A DNA stretch of 61,573 bases, filler included, from Sphacelaria rigidula (taxonomy: Eukaryota), in assembly GCA_964200075.2 (NCBI GenBank). It is 8 parts of 8 records of this genome, joined end to end, with 100 filler letters (N's around TTAATTAATTAA, not from the genome) between each part and the next. Parts side by side here need not be neighbours in the genome. Positions count along the whole stretch, not along the records: positions 38,547 to 46,155 come from CAXNAA020014108.1; positions 46,256 to 53,864 come from CAXNAA020014109.1; 6 more parts are not named here. One strand, written 5' to 3'. Below, in pieces: positions 39,244-53,071 of this stretch. Positions within the stretch are counted from its first letter, which is position 1; the number at the start of each line of letters is the position of its first letter. The translations under genes were made by a program, and so were the position numbers. The notes beneath the pieces are model-generated. The model did not search any database. It saw only the letters and a program-made list of their open reading frames with translations, and had not been told where the DNA came from.

Positions 39244-40465
39244 TTACCCCTGGATGCGAAAAAACAAACTGCGTCAGGAAGGGTCCATCGAAACGTCTCT
39301 TATTGGGCAACTTGCTGTTAGAGACACATGACAGTAATTATGTGACGTATAGCCTAGCTACACACAGCACAACAGTGCATAGCGGCCATAGCAAACAGTT
39401 CAGTAGCTCTCACGTGTAAATAAACTACACGCATCAGACTCAAGCAACAACCGTTTCTGTTGTTCTGTTGTACATGGGTCGCGTGCAACGTACACCATGC
39501 TCGTCATTCTTGTTCTGTGAAGTCGCACGTATATTTTGGGGTATCGTGTATTATCTTCGCCCATGTAGTCGTAGAACCCCGTCCTGCGGGGCGCCGTGTT
39601 TTCGTGTTTATGGGTTTATTATCTTTGTATTCTTTCTCCTTGCCCCACGGCTTTGTGACAACGGGTGCTAAACTTCTGGACACTGACTAATGTGAGGGAA
39701 AACACGTGCAAGTGAACCCAAGTGCATGCTGAAGACGAAGAGAGGTACAACGTACGTATTCATTCTTCGTTTCATCACCCAGGTTGGGGGTATTCTGCAG
39801 ATGACTCATCAACCCTTCCACGGCCAGGGTAGGTCAACTGCTGATTGGGGGTCACTTTATTCAAGCTTCCCGACTTGTTTCGGAAAAATGAAGTTTTTTT
39901 CCCACTTTTTTCCAGAAAGGAAAAAAGGACAAAAAAAAAAAAATACAACGGAAGATTTTCGGAGTAAGCTGCCGTCAGCTTTATATTGACATGTTGGGGA
40001 CGTTGTTAATGGGGATGTTTTCGTCAAACTTTTCTGGCCTTTTTTGTAGAAAACTTTACTGAACAACATGACGGCAGATACCCGGGTCAAGGAAATAGAA
40101 CATTGCAAGCCTGATCAATACAACTCAATAAATGTCACTTGTAAGATCTAGGGTTGGATTCATATTCACTATATTTTTCAGGTCGGAAATTTTTCCTCGA
40201 GAAGTTGAAAAAGTACGAAAACGGAGTCCTGTGAAATGATCACCCTTGCCTGAATTGGCCAAAGTCTCCTCTCACATTCTTCGGAGCAGATTGTCTTCCA
40301 AAACAATCGGAGATTTCACCCGAGAATCAAGTCGCGTCCTTCCCATTTTAGCGCGATAAATATGAACAACACAAAAAGGTTCTTGACCCTTTGAGTTGGA
40401 GTGGTATTTCTTTTTATGAATCGGTACCACTTTTACTCAAAAAAAAAAAGGAAAAATATGTCGAT

Positions 40466-41240
40466 TCACAAATCGACCACCGCTCGCGGTTGAAGGATTA
40501 CACGCTCACAGTTGAAGGTTACTGGGGTAACTATTACATTGTAACAGAAAGAAATCGAAGCCAATGCTAGGGGCCGCTGCTTCCATGGCAGGATCAAGGA
40601 ATGGGCCGCTGTACTACTGCGGTTTTTTAACCTCCTCATTAGGGTTGGAAAAAAAAGTCGTACTCGCATCTGCGCCAGCGCGGATCTATGGGCAAGGCTA
40701 TGGATGACTTGCCGCACATGAGATTTTCACGCCGCAGACTTTTCTGCCGGAGGTGAAAAAATTATGCGGGGGTGTTTTTGGTCGGTAGACGAAAACCTTC
40801 TGTTTTTCGCGCCTGTTGATGTGAAAATCCTACCACGTTGTACATTTCTTGCCTTCAGCGGCCTCCAGGGGGGAGGGGGAGGCCCTTACCCTCCTAGGGG
40901 CCGAAGATGGCTCCGGCTCTCGTCTGTGCTGGCGCAGACGGGGCCTCCGTAATTATTCCAACCCTGCTTTTCCCTGCAGAGGTATCTCAACCTCAAGGTT
41001 CCCGATACATTCAACATTAAATCGATATTGAGCGGTAAATGTACAGGGAATCTTGAGTTTGAAGTATCTCTTAATTTCAAGCGTTTGTGAGAAACTGTTT
41101 TTGTCATGAATCCTTGTTAGAACGCGAGAAATGGTCATCTCTTGAATCGGCATCGATTTCACTTGGAAAACGTATGAACGGGCTGGATGGAGTATCGTCG
41201 CGGTATGAGGATTCAATTTGTTGCGGAAACGTCTCTGCAA
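40466..41240 (-). pseudogene. hAT-like transposase C-terminal remnant
   Basis: Fragments ATILHPA and LILPWKQRPLALA...VTPVTFNCERV resemble the hAT A.LLDP/HP motif and the dimerisation-domain WW...P.SS...ER.FS motif. Multiple stops and frameshifts. Confidence 0.5.
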
Positions 41241-42829
41241 GAACTTTTTCCGAAGAGGGCTGGCTTATGAACTCATCGAGTGATTGAAAAGGTTACAAGT
41301 CTGTTGCCGGAATACATGGTTGAACGGTCCCGACTATGGCCCCAAAATTGGCATCGACAGTTGCTCTGACATCTGTAGGAGGCTCGTCTACACCAGTCCG
41401 CCTCTAAACGACTACTATGATAGTCGACACATTTTCAAAAAATAACCCCCCAATTTTTAGCCCCTACACGGCGAGAGTAGGTCGTCTATTGATTCAACAT
41501 CAGTTCACTTGGGAAAATGTGCATGATCCCAGAAGACTACCCTCGCGATCTAAGGGTTAACCCTACCCCCGACCCAACCCAAGGCATAGAGAGAACCCTT
41601 CAGGCAAAGGGTTAGTTACGAAGGGTCCTCTTCCTCTAGGTGAAGTGTACTTTGGCAGACCTCAGATTCCGCGCCTGCAGCGCGGATTTGAGCAAAGGGA
41701 GTTCTGCGCACACTGTAACATATACCGTGATAGGAGGACTTGGGACAGCCAGCCCCACCAAAAGATACTCAGAACGCGAGCTACACTCAAATCAAGTGAT
41801 ATCAACCACGATTAATTTGCAGGCGAAACGTGTGTAAAACTCCACTGTTTCATACACAGTGCTATATGAACTTTCAAATATTCAAACAAGTCACTGCTTT
41901 CAGGCGAGCGTGGGTCCGGTGTAGATTACAGATGAACAGAGGAAGAGGATCCGTATGCAGCCGACCCTGCCCTTTCTTCTGCTTTCCACAGGGGCGAAAG
42001 CGAACTCCTTCCAGAATCAAGGACGGAGAGTAAAAAGCGTCGTGTCGGTGATCGATGCGTGCGATATGAAACGCGCGATATCCCGAGGCCAGACGAGGAG
42101 ACATTTTGCAGCACCCAAGACATGTGTAAATTTCTCGGAAGCGATATACTTTTCTACAGTCGGAGTGATTTTTAGCGTTCGGTATGAAAGCATTCAAGTT
42201 GCTTGGTCGCGCAGAGGAAAGGAAATGGGCTAACACTTCCACGGCAAAAGCACATCTTTCCCTCCTGCGTGGGGTTTCACGAGTAGTCAATGAAAAAGAC
42301 ACTCGCTCGTTTCCTTCAGTCAGTCGTACAGACTGGTAATGGCCACCTGTCGGACTGTCATCATTTTCTCTTCAACAATGAGTATCGGACACATCTGCGC
42401 TCAAATGGTTCTTGTGTTTCGTTTACCCCCTCCCCTGTCTTAGTTCGGAATCTTTACGCTGCTGTCCTACCGTCTGTCTGTACCACTGTCTGTATGTACC
42501 GTCCGTTTCGGGAAACGTCGGCAGAGCCGACAGCTCCGGCTGCATGTGCAAGATGGGAGTGGAAATAGATGGCGGAACATGCTAGAAGGATAAGCCCTCC
42601 ATTCGAAGCACAACATGACGAAGCTTGCGAGAGAAGCATGCAGCATGCATTTGAGAAATACGCGCGTTTCTACGCACTGCATTGTATTGCTCTCCCTGCC
42701 GTCTCATCATCTACTTTTACCCTCTCGGTTGATCATTTGGGCCATCATTGGAGACATCACGTTCGTTTTTTTCCTTCGTCTCAACTCGGACAGACACACC
42801 ACCCAGATCGCTGACCAGGAAACACTCAC

Positions 42830-43357
42830 CTGCGATGCCTCAACCCCGAACACCTCAAGCACAGCATCCTCCATTACCGCCTGCGTCAAATTTTGGATCT
42901 GCGAACACAGATGAAACTTGGTGATGGAAGTATAGGTAAAGCTCTCTTCTTCCTCCTGCAACGTACGACGACCGCTATTCCTTGTATTCGCGCCCGACTT
43001 GCTGTTATCGCCCAGAGCGTCGCCTCTGCCGCCGTGGTCGCCTAGAGACAGGGAAACCCAATCTTCCCCGCCAGCTCTGCCCGCTTTCCCTACCCCTTCC
43101 CACGCCACGATACCAGGACGTCGTATACTCCGCCTGCCGCCGCGTGTGCCGCTGGTACCAACGGGGATCTCCTCCACGCGCAAGCCGCGAAATATCGCCT
43201 CTGAGCTCTCAACGTTAGCTGCAGTCATCATCCCAAAAAGGGAAGATTGGTGTTGGGGGGGAGATTGAACGACCAAGACTTCCCATGCCAAACGCGAGGG
43301 AATCAACACCACACCCACAAAGGATATCAAAGCGTGCGCCACAAACGTCAGCGTCAT
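42830..43357 (-). CDS. First coding exon of a probable secreted/surface protein, function unknown
   Basis: ATG at 43357 opens a hydrophobic N-terminus (MTLTFVAHALISFVGVVLIP). GC-rich open frame with RRTLQEEEE and a strong donor CAG|GTGAGT at 42830/42829. Downstream exons were not identified. Confidence 0.55.
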
Positions 43358-45294
43358 ATTCTTCGGAGAGTGTCCCACTCTTCGTCCACCTCCTTGGTGT
43401 GCCGGGTTTGCTGCAATCAATCGGTGATCCTGGGCATGGCCAACCGAATTCTTCTGTTGTTGACAAATGTAGGAGGAGAATTCCGGGTTCCGCGCCATCA
43501 GACCTCTCCTTTCCCCTACTATGCTCACGTGCACATCACTGTCACGTCGTTGCCGGCATCGTGGCGAAGGTGGCTCCATGGGGTTGTTGGAGTCACCAGA
43601 CGCCCACCCTGCGCCGCCTTTGGCTGTCCGCCCTCTGCACCCTCCCCTCCTCGTTTCCCCGGTGGCTTTAATTTCCACGATTTTTCGTCCAATACTTCTG
43701 GTGAATGGGGAAGAAACAGGAGGAGCAAAAAAAAAAGCATGCCACTTTCGGTTATATTTCCTCGTCTGTCCCGCACCCGCCACTGAATGGCATGCACGTG
43801 AGAGGGTTACCGTTCGGTGGGCGAGCCCATCAAGTTACATGTTGGATAGTATGAGCATGATTGTATTTATTCACCTTCTGACATGAGAAAGTCAACGATA
43901 TTTGGCCACAGAGCTACGTGATTCTATAGTAGGGGTGCAAGTTTTAATCCAAAAGTTTTATGAGGCTGTACTCCAAGGCCTAGATGCTTATTATTTCCAT
44001 CGAGAGGCCAAAGTCCAGAGGCTCAGAAAAGAGAAAAAAATGTCCACCCCTACCGTGGAACCACTCAGGTGCAACAAGGTTCAAGGTTCGCCTCAGGGAC
44101 GCAATCATGTAATAATGTTCACGACACAAACAAATCATACTCACCACGTGTGTTTACTGAAAGACAGTAGGTACTACCATCTTATTAACAGTACAACAGT
44201 AGTAGCGTCACCCGTCAGTAATTTCTTTGTGCTCAGGCCGTGTCTTATCAAATTGTTTTCACCTCGAAAACGTACGATGGAATTGAATTTGCTCGTACCT
44301 GATACGTCTATGGCAATTATGCTCTCAACCATCTGAGAAAATAAATAGTGTAGGCGAATCAGAAACGAGCGAATTCGATTCGACCGCACGCTTTCGACAC
44401 GAGCAAAATTTGATGAGACACGGCCTCACTCAGCGGTCCTCCGGATGTCCGGATAAATAATATAAACAGTAGTTGAAATAATTAATTAATTTAGTAATTA
44501 AAGCTTAATTGAGGATGTATGGTTGAATGGATTTTATATATGGGATAACGTAAGGACATAATATATTAATTAATTAATTATTGTTTGAAGATGAGATGGT
44601 TGGTTGGTTGGTTGGATGGTTGGTTGGTTGTATTTTACGTTTTGGACAAGGAAAAGACAATTATATCCAAGAATAGTACATAAATAGAAAAAATGTAATA
44701 ATAACGGGTGGGTGCGAGGTGGGGAGGAAAAACTTCTCGGCCTAAACCGCCTCTGTTCTCTGTGTTGATTTTCGGCTCTCCAGGGAGGAGGGGGGGGGGG
44801 CGGCATACTAAGCCCTAAAATATATATATGCAAAACTTTTTCAGACGTCATCACATGTATTCCGGAGTAGTACCAAACAACCCACTTGAGGCAATTATTG
44901 CTCCAACTACTGGGCATGGACGGGTGAGCCAGGTCACTTGATAATAATAGACAAGCTGAGGCAAGTCGCTTGAACAGTCAGGGAGGGAAGTTACTACATC
45001 TGAGCATGGGGGAATCAAGTCTCTTGATCATGCAGTTGGTGAGCCAGGTCACTTGGTCTACTATAGATATACACTTACTACTTGATGGGCCATGGCATTT
45101 GATGTTGAAGTAGCTGCGGGGTAAGCTGAACTTGAACAAAAAAAAGTGAACGTAAACCAATGAGTCACTTGGTTTACAATGTATTATTGGGTGCTTGGGC
45201 TGTTGAGGCAACTTACTTGAACTGAGTACTCGTGATAAGTGTATACTGCTTTATATATTACGTATTATTGTATTTTATTTGTCTCAATTTGAAC

Positions 45295-45545
45295 CCCTCC
45301 TCTTCCTCGGAACGAGTCCGTAGTCTCAGGGGATCGATCCATCCCTCCCGTATACACGCCTTGTATTTTGGACTCGCGGATTGGATGAGCACTCCCGCAC
45401 CGCGTCAACTCACGCCAAACAAATTCAGTCGACTACTACTTTGTTTACTCACGTTCTCACGCTTTCCACGGTGATCACATACCACGAAGAAAAAAACCAA
45501 CACATCGGGAATCGAACCCTCATTTTCTCCACCACCCTAACGGTT
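45295..45545 (-). mobile_element. SINE family B copy
   Basis: Reverse complement of 2270-2468. The B box appears as GGGAATCGAACC at about 45507-45518. Confidence 0.7.
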
Positions 45546-46417
45546 ATTCACCATTGCCGTTTTGGGATGAGAGTCGATACAACCTGTGACATTTCTTGGA
45601 TGATTATGAACGGGGGGCACGAGGCTGATACTGAAAAAATTATTCGAAACAGAGCACATCGGGGATTTGCCATTCTCATTCGTAAGCCTTGGCAGCGAGC
45701 GGTAATGACAACATCACGCCCGTCACCCCGGAGATTGCTTTCGATTGACCTTTTCCCGACTGTTCCGCGTGTCATTTTCCAACAAGCCAAATTTCGTTCT
45801 GACGCCCGAGAAAGGTCCGCCCCGTCTGAAATCATTTCCTGCTAACCACAAATGGCCGTCTGCGGAGCGTCCTTTAGAACATTCGGTGAGTGTGGATTTA
45901 GGACAAATGAAGGTTGCTGACAGAGACGAACTTTGAACAGCGCCGTTGTTTAATTACCCTGTTGATTGACGGTATTCCTTCTTTCGTGTTGGTCATATGT
46001 ACTCCCTTTCCTCAGTATTGTTTATTCCTGTTTTGCTTGTATTGCGTTTTGTGAGTTTTTTAATCTGGGTCTAATTTGTTTTTTATGGCTTTTTTGCTAG
46101 CCTGTGACCACGGAAGGCGTCCGCATCAGATGCCCAGTACGAATGTACCGCGCAGNNNNNNNNNNNNNNNNNNNNNNNNNNNNNNNNNNNNNNNNNNNNT
46201 TAATTAATTAANNNNNNNNNNNNNNNNNNNNNNNNNNNNNNNNNNNNNNNNNNNNTGTAGGGATGCGAGGTCAATGGTCTTATGACTATCGCATGCATGA
46301 TCATGAGTACACCCTACACAGCTTAGAGTATTACTAAAGCGATAGAAGGTGCTTCTCGAGTACTACATATGCATTCACATTTAATAGTAGTGGCGGTTGG
46401 TGCCGACCGATGAGCAA

Positions 46418-46533
46418 ACCCCCTGGTAAAAGTGAAGATGCTCGCGAAGCAGCAACGCACGATGGTCGCACCTCACCCCCTGGTAAAAGTGAAGATGCTG
46501 GCGAAGCAGCAACGCACGATGGTCGCACCTCAC
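46418..46533. repeat. Near-perfect tandem duplication, about 58-bp unit
   Basis: CCCCTGGTAAAAGTGAAGATGCT.GCGAAGCAGCAACGCACGATGGTCGCACCTCAC occurs twice, followed by scattered CCCTGTGCGA motifs up to about 47380. Confidence 0.85.
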
Positions 46534-47399
46534 TTGATGACCCCTGTGCGAACACTACGCCCCTTGTGCGAAAATCGAATTAAATAATCTGGTACTGCTT
46601 CTCCATCGCACACCCCTGTGCCATTTCAACGACATGTACGACATTGAGTAAATAATTTCGATGACACCAGGGTCTTCGAACGCACACCCTGTGCGATAAC
46701 CCCGCCATGTGCGATACTGAGTAATTCTTTGCCGGGTGTAAAGGAACAATCTGCAACAGTACTGCAGTAGGAGCAAGGTCTGAATATGCCTGAAACACAG
46801 CAATTACATACAAGCACACAGCCACAGTACGACAGCATCGAGCACACTGCACAAACCTAAGGTAGTTGTCGTGGTACCGGTATACCGTTAGACGAAATGC
46901 CGAAGAGAGAGACGAGGTTGATCGCAACAAATATCGTTCGGTGCCAGTATGCGTTTGCTTTCGGGCTTCGGTCTTTCCGTCGGTGTAGGCGTTTGGTGAA
47001 AGGTTTCGGCTTTAGTGGTTCCATCCAAGGTGCACGACGAGAACTGAAGTAAAATCTATTGAAAAAGAAAACCACTCCGTATGTTGTTTGGTCTGCACTG
47101 CCACACCGCAGTGCGTAGTCCAGACAAGCCCCATGACGACCAGTGGAATAAAGAGAAAAATGGTGGCAACTCAGACTGTCCGCCCCAAAGACCCATCCGC
47201 GCCCACGCGTCCTCACACCCGGAAGGTGACTGAGACGCGTTTTATTCTTGAGATCACACCCCTGTGCGAAAACAACGCCCTCTGTGCGAAAAATTAATTA
47301 AGTCATTTGAAGCCGTGTTTTTGATCGCACAAGGGTGCGTCCCCACGACCCCTGTGCGAAATTCACGCCCTGTGCGATGACAGAGCAACTTACCGTACT

Positions 47400-47602
47400 T
47401 TTCTCTTCGTAATGTATGATTTCCAGGGAGGAAAGCGTGAAAACGTGAGTAAACAAAAGTAGTCGACTGTATTGGTGTGAAGTGAGTTGACGCGGTGCGG
47501 GAATGCTGATCCAATCCGCGAGATCAAAATGAGAGGCACGTACCGGGGAAGCGATGGGTTGATCCCTTCAGACCATGGACTCATCCCGAGGAAGGGGAAG
47601 GG
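47400..47602 (+). mobile_element. SINE family B copy (body only)
   Basis: AAACAAAAGTAGTCGACTG...ATCCAATCCGCGAGATCAAAAT...GGACTCATCCCGAGGAAGGGG. Confidence 0.7.
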
Positions 47603-50600
47603 TTCGAAGTGTGCGGAAACAAATAGAGAGTACAGATAGACAGTGCACACCGTACGCTATCCACTTCATAAGTAGATTGTTGTGTCTCTCTCGCGCGCCC
47701 CCAAAATGAAATTGATGCCGACACACACCACACCAGCCACCTCGCTGCTCGCGCAAGCACCAGAGCACACGCCCAGAACATGGCGAATCAACGGGTGATG
47801 GTGTGGTTGTGGTGTTCTTTCGAGGTCAGCACAGCATATATGCACAAAACAAAAGTACTGCGAGCACAACTTGACACAGACAGCGATTGACGTGACGTGT
47901 ATTCGGTTTGCACATAAGTTGTTGCAGACCACGATAATCATTTTGATCTGCACGAATCATGAATCACGTGGGCACACACGACGTACTTTTTACTCGTCGT
48001 AGCCTGTCTTTGCCGCCTGCCTGACCCCTCTTGTGTTGCCAACATAACCTCACACTGTAGTGTTGCTGTAGATCACTAACTAGAGACACCAGTAGCGTGC
48101 AGTAGACTGTGTTCGGTGCAGAACGATGCACGCTCACTGTTTCTCGCTGCTGAGTCCAGCGCAGATATACAACTGATACTCACTTTGTCCGCATTTTGAG
48201 TGCGGGTGGGTGTAAAGTCGTGAGGGTTTCTCCCGTACTATTTTCTCTATATTTGCGGAGCATCCACTTAAACCCTAGGTAACAGACAGTAGGTTGTATT
48301 GTAAAGTGTATTATCGGTGTTAACTCCCAAACCAAGTATCATTCCCCCAAAAGGCGATCAATGAGTTGATGCCACCCCAACTCTGTACATACCGAAACAC
48401 CGCATGCAGCACGACAGCTGTTCAGGCACTCTCGAGCGCCCATCGCACCGTGATCGTCCTAGAGTGTTTAGATGAAAAACAGCACAGCTACAACTACAGC
48501 ATGTAAATGGTGGGTTTGGGAAGCGACTTGTTCGTTTGACTCGAGACGAAATAGCCAACACTCCATGAAGGTGTAAGCAGGAACGGTGGCTAGAGGGCAC
48601 TACGTGTTAACAGCATGATTTTTCGAGGAGACGAACGACCAAACCGTCTTCATAAAGGTCTGGATACACCACAGCGTAGTGACAGCTACAGCACAGTGAT
48701 ATAGGACATGTGCCATGCGATAGTTCTTCCCCTGATTTCGGATGAGCTCGATATTGGCCGAATGGCGGTTTACAAACGCTGGGCCATAATTGCGCTTTTC
48801 ACGCGGAGCGCGATCATGGTCGAGCGTTCAAAAATTGGCACTCGGCAAAAAATGAGCACCCGTCTGAAATGGGGGGAAGAAATATTACATGGGACATCAA
48901 GGCAGACAGCCCCTGTCATCAAACGCTTGGGATAGAGCAGCTCCGTGCTGGCTCAGTTTGTGCGCCCCAACGTGCACGCGTCTGCCTTGCGTGTCTTCTC
49001 CGATCCCAGCACTAGACTACAGCTGGAGTACGGACGGGGACGCAACAGACAGCTGCACAACTGTGCAGCTGTCACTTGATCGTTATGTCGTTTCACCTTT
49101 GTGTACAGACAGTAGCTAGTGTACAGCACTACAACTGTTCAAGCACTCTCCAGGGCACATCACACTATGTTCGTCGTAGAGAATTCATATGCACAATAGC
49201 ACACCGACAACTACAGCATAGAAATGGTGGGTGTGGAAAGCGCTTCGTTCGTTTCATGGAAGACAAAAGAGCCAACACACAACATACAGGAGTGTGTAGA
49301 TAGCACTGCGTACCGAAAAACATATTTTCATCATTTTCTTTAAGAACCAAGGTAGTGACGGCCAGTAAGGCAACTGACGCAATCTCAGCGGACACCAAAC
49401 CATCTTTGTGAAGGTCCGACCACACCACAGGACACCACACCACAGTGTTAGCTACAGCACATGAGAGAGAGCGTGAGTATGTTTGTGCTGCAGCACGGTG
49501 AAATAGCAAATTTCCCATGTCATAGTTCTTCCCCTCCCTTTAGACGGATCCTCAATTCTTGCCGAGCGCCAATTTTTGAACGCTCGGCCATGATCGCGTT
49601 TCTCGCAAAAGTCTTGCAATTCACCTTGAGTTACCCTCATCTGTGGGAGGTGGGTAAATAAACGTCTCCTGCTCGCTGTATCACATGCTTGCTCCCTTCC
49701 CTTGCTCTGAACTTTCGTGCAAGCCGTATGCACGTCGCATTTGTTTCATGTTGTTCGAGCTACTCGCTGTCTGTGTCAAGTTGTGCTCAACACTACTTCT
49801 TTGTGCATAATATGTGCTGCTGTGCTGACTCCAAGAAAACACCAGTCACACCAACCGTTCTCGGCGGGTGGCCTCGTGTGCGCCCCACGCGCGATGATGG
49901 AGCTGTTGTGGTATGTGCCGGGGGAACGGAAACCCCTTCGGGCCTTTCGGCCAATAGCATGTATATCTGAAAGACCAAACCGAGGGAGGACCAGAATGGT
50001 CTTTTGGCTGCGGACTTCGGGGGCAAATATGCCCCCAAATAGGCTTTTGCTTCTTGTGCGCGCATATGATTGCGCATAAAACGGGTTTTTGCGCACAAGC
50101 ACATGCGAACATATGTTTTTGGAGATTTCAGCACGACAAAGGCAGAAAACCTAAGTTTTGTGCACAACTTGGCGCATATCATGCTCCAACGGGATTATGT
50201 ACCCCATGTCCAGTAGCTTGTAGCTGCCCACGAGTGCTTCATGTGGCGTGGTTCGTCGAGTAGTGGCGTTTTTGTTCGTAATTGTTTTTTGAACTTCGTT
50301 GCGGGTCTGATATCGGTTATGGTGCTGTATCTGAGCTACTTCATGTTCATGTGAAACTGGCAAAAAATATATGTGTCATATTTCACATAAAGCAGAGGAA
50401 TCCGCCAGGAACCGCCTCAAGAAGGACGCGAAAAAGGCGCATAAGTCGCGCATATTTCACCATTAAACGCATAAATCGGCGCATAATGCTTACTTTTGAA
50501 CATGAAAAAAAAATGGGAAAACGCGCAAAAAAACATAAAAAACGCATAAGAAGCAAAAGTTTACCCCCAAACCAGAGTCATCCTAACCGTAATGCAGACT

Positions 50601-51167
50601 TGGGATCATCGACCAATAGGGAAGTCCGGGGCCAAGACCCAAATTCGGTTCTCACATCATCAAAGTCGGTGGGGTCTTCAAAACCTAGTTGTTGAACCGA
50701 AATCGGGTGACATTCCGGTTCTGCTCTGGACTTCAAGACCGGACCCGATTTTAGTCTCCGCAAGCACCCTATTCCAGCTCGAGCAGTAAACTTTATCACT
50801 TGGTAGTTCAAGATAGTTCTCGGAAATTTACGGTTTGTGGACAGGTGCAGTGTTGGGTTCTACACCGAAATTCGGATCTTTGACCCTTTGACCCCGAGGG
50901 TACGTCACCTGCTGAATCGTCATCAATATTCACTTGGAAAAAGTATGCGTGATCCAGATGGACTACCCGATTTGAGGTCTGGCAACGCACACTTCGCCTA
51001 GGGAACACGTTGCACCCCCCGTGCCCGAGGGTTCTCGGTATGTCGTCGTTGGGATTGGGGTTAGGGTTGGGGGTAGGGTTAGGTAGTGTTCTCCGAAATG
51101 CATCAGCACCTGCGCAAACCATAAATTTCCGAGAAATATGTGTGAACTACCAAGTGGTGAAGTCACC

Positions 51168-51372
51168 TCGATTTTGAGTATAAATGTACATCATCCCTGT
51201 ACATGGGCACGAAACGCTGGGCTTTTCACTCAAGACTCCAATTTGGAAGATAATACTAGGTAGGCAGCGGGATTTTGAGCATATGATGTATATCACCCCT
51301 GTTCATGGGCACGAAACGCTGGGCTTTTCACTCAAGACTTTGATTTGGAGGATGATACTAGGTAGGCAGCGG
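51168..51372. repeat. Tandem duplication, about 100-bp unit
   Basis: GATTTTGAG...CATGGGCACGAAACGCTGGGCTTTTCACTCAAGACT...ATACTAGGTAGGCAGCGG occurs twice. Confidence 0.85.
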
Positions 51373-53071
51373 CAACTGCTGTGTGTCCAGGTGCCCCTTG
51401 GAGCAGGATGCGTTCGGTGTCCGTTTGACGGAGTCATTCCCCTCAAAACGAAATCGATGAGGGTTTCAGAGTGGAAAAATCTAGCAAAAAAAGTATCGCA
51501 AGGATCTAATCGCAAGAACCACGACTCAAAAACCGATTCGCAAAAATCATCTTGGTCGAATTTTTACCCGCAGCAGAAACCAACTTCACTTTGTGAAATT
51601 GGAAAATCATCCCGATGTATGGTTCCTGTGCCTGAAGTTCGTGACACGGTACATGGTCTCTCGTCGTGTACAATACACACAGTCTGTACTGCCTGCACCA
51701 CTTGCAAGTAGCGTGTCTTGAATGTTGCGTGCGTGTTTCGTTCAGGAGGATATGAAGGAGAAGCGGGCAACATGCCGTGCAGATAGCCCAGGACTATCAG
51801 TTCTCCCTGCTTACAATGCGACGTGAAGAGGACTTCAGCAACGTGCAGCTTTGTAGAGACTGCACAATCTATGAGCCTGCACGCAACTCGGTTGCCCATC
51901 GTACCACGCAGTTCTGTCGCTCATGCCCATCATGAGAGAAGACGTGCAAGTTTCCACCAACAAAAAAGAACAAAGCATACCCAGCTACTGTAGTGTATCT
52001 ATCCACAAGTGATAGCGTGCTGTTCACCTCCCCTGTCCGAGAACAGGCTGTACTCTGCAAGAGCAGAGAGTACAGTAGTGACGGTGTCATACTGTATACA
52101 GTCTGTTATCAGGTTTTAAAACAAAAAACACTGCAGAACTGCCGTGTTGTCTTGTGTCCAGTATAGTACTCTGCACTTCGTATACCACTGCAGAGTTGTC
52201 TTGTGTTCAGTGTACTCCACTGTACTCCAGATAATGGGGTCATGTTCTGAGCGGTTCTTGAAAAGTTCTCTTTGTTTTTTAAAAGTTCTCGAAAAGTATT
52301 GCTTGTTTTTCTGTCACAGAAATCAAATGCCGAGTCTGGAATAGCATGAGACAACAACGAATTTGAAAATTGGAATACGTTCACACATGAAAAGTCAACG
52401 ACTACAACATTCCAGCGTTGCCTACTTTTCCAATCCCAGGGTGCGCGGAAGGTCTACCTTCCGCCAAGTGGGAGGCGTGGAGGGGTTGTAGCGCATCTAT
52501 AGTCCGAGCCTACACGAGAATCGGTACACGAAACCCCAACTCAAAGCCACCGTACCCTATCTCACGTGAAATCGGCATGTACCATACGCGACAGTCGCGC
52601 CGCAATGCGGTATTTGGCAACTCACTGTCGATTCTATCGGGTATTTGAAGCAGTCGATGCCACGCGCTTGTCGTACACACTGTCAACGCGCACTTGTGCC
52701 GCTAGGCACAACCCGATCCCACCATGTGTATCGCGACGGAGGCGACAGCCGTGCGAGCAGTGCAATGACCATAGCTGCGCCATTCCTTCAAGATGAGTTG
52801 CTCAAGACGGTAAAAGTGCCCGCGAAACATCACAGATGAGCTTGGAAAAACGAAACACAAGGAGGGAAACACACACAGAATGCAAAATTGGCCAAGTTAA
52901 AGCGAATGACCAAAGCCACTCTCAATCAGCGCTCTACCCTCCCTCTCACGAAAACGTTGTTTGAACAAAGCAATATCGGAACGGCACCATCCGACTTCAG
53001 CTGCGAAAACGCGAGAGTAAATATCGCCATATCAAGCTATTTCTTTCGCCGGCGGATACCGTCCCATTACC

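Noticed and set aside
43358-43783. N-terminal extension of the 358-aa ORF 42707-43783
   Set aside because: It starts at a non-ATG codon with low-complexity sequence. The ATG at 43357 followed by a hydrophobic segment is more plausible, and the part beyond the 42830 donor is probably intron.
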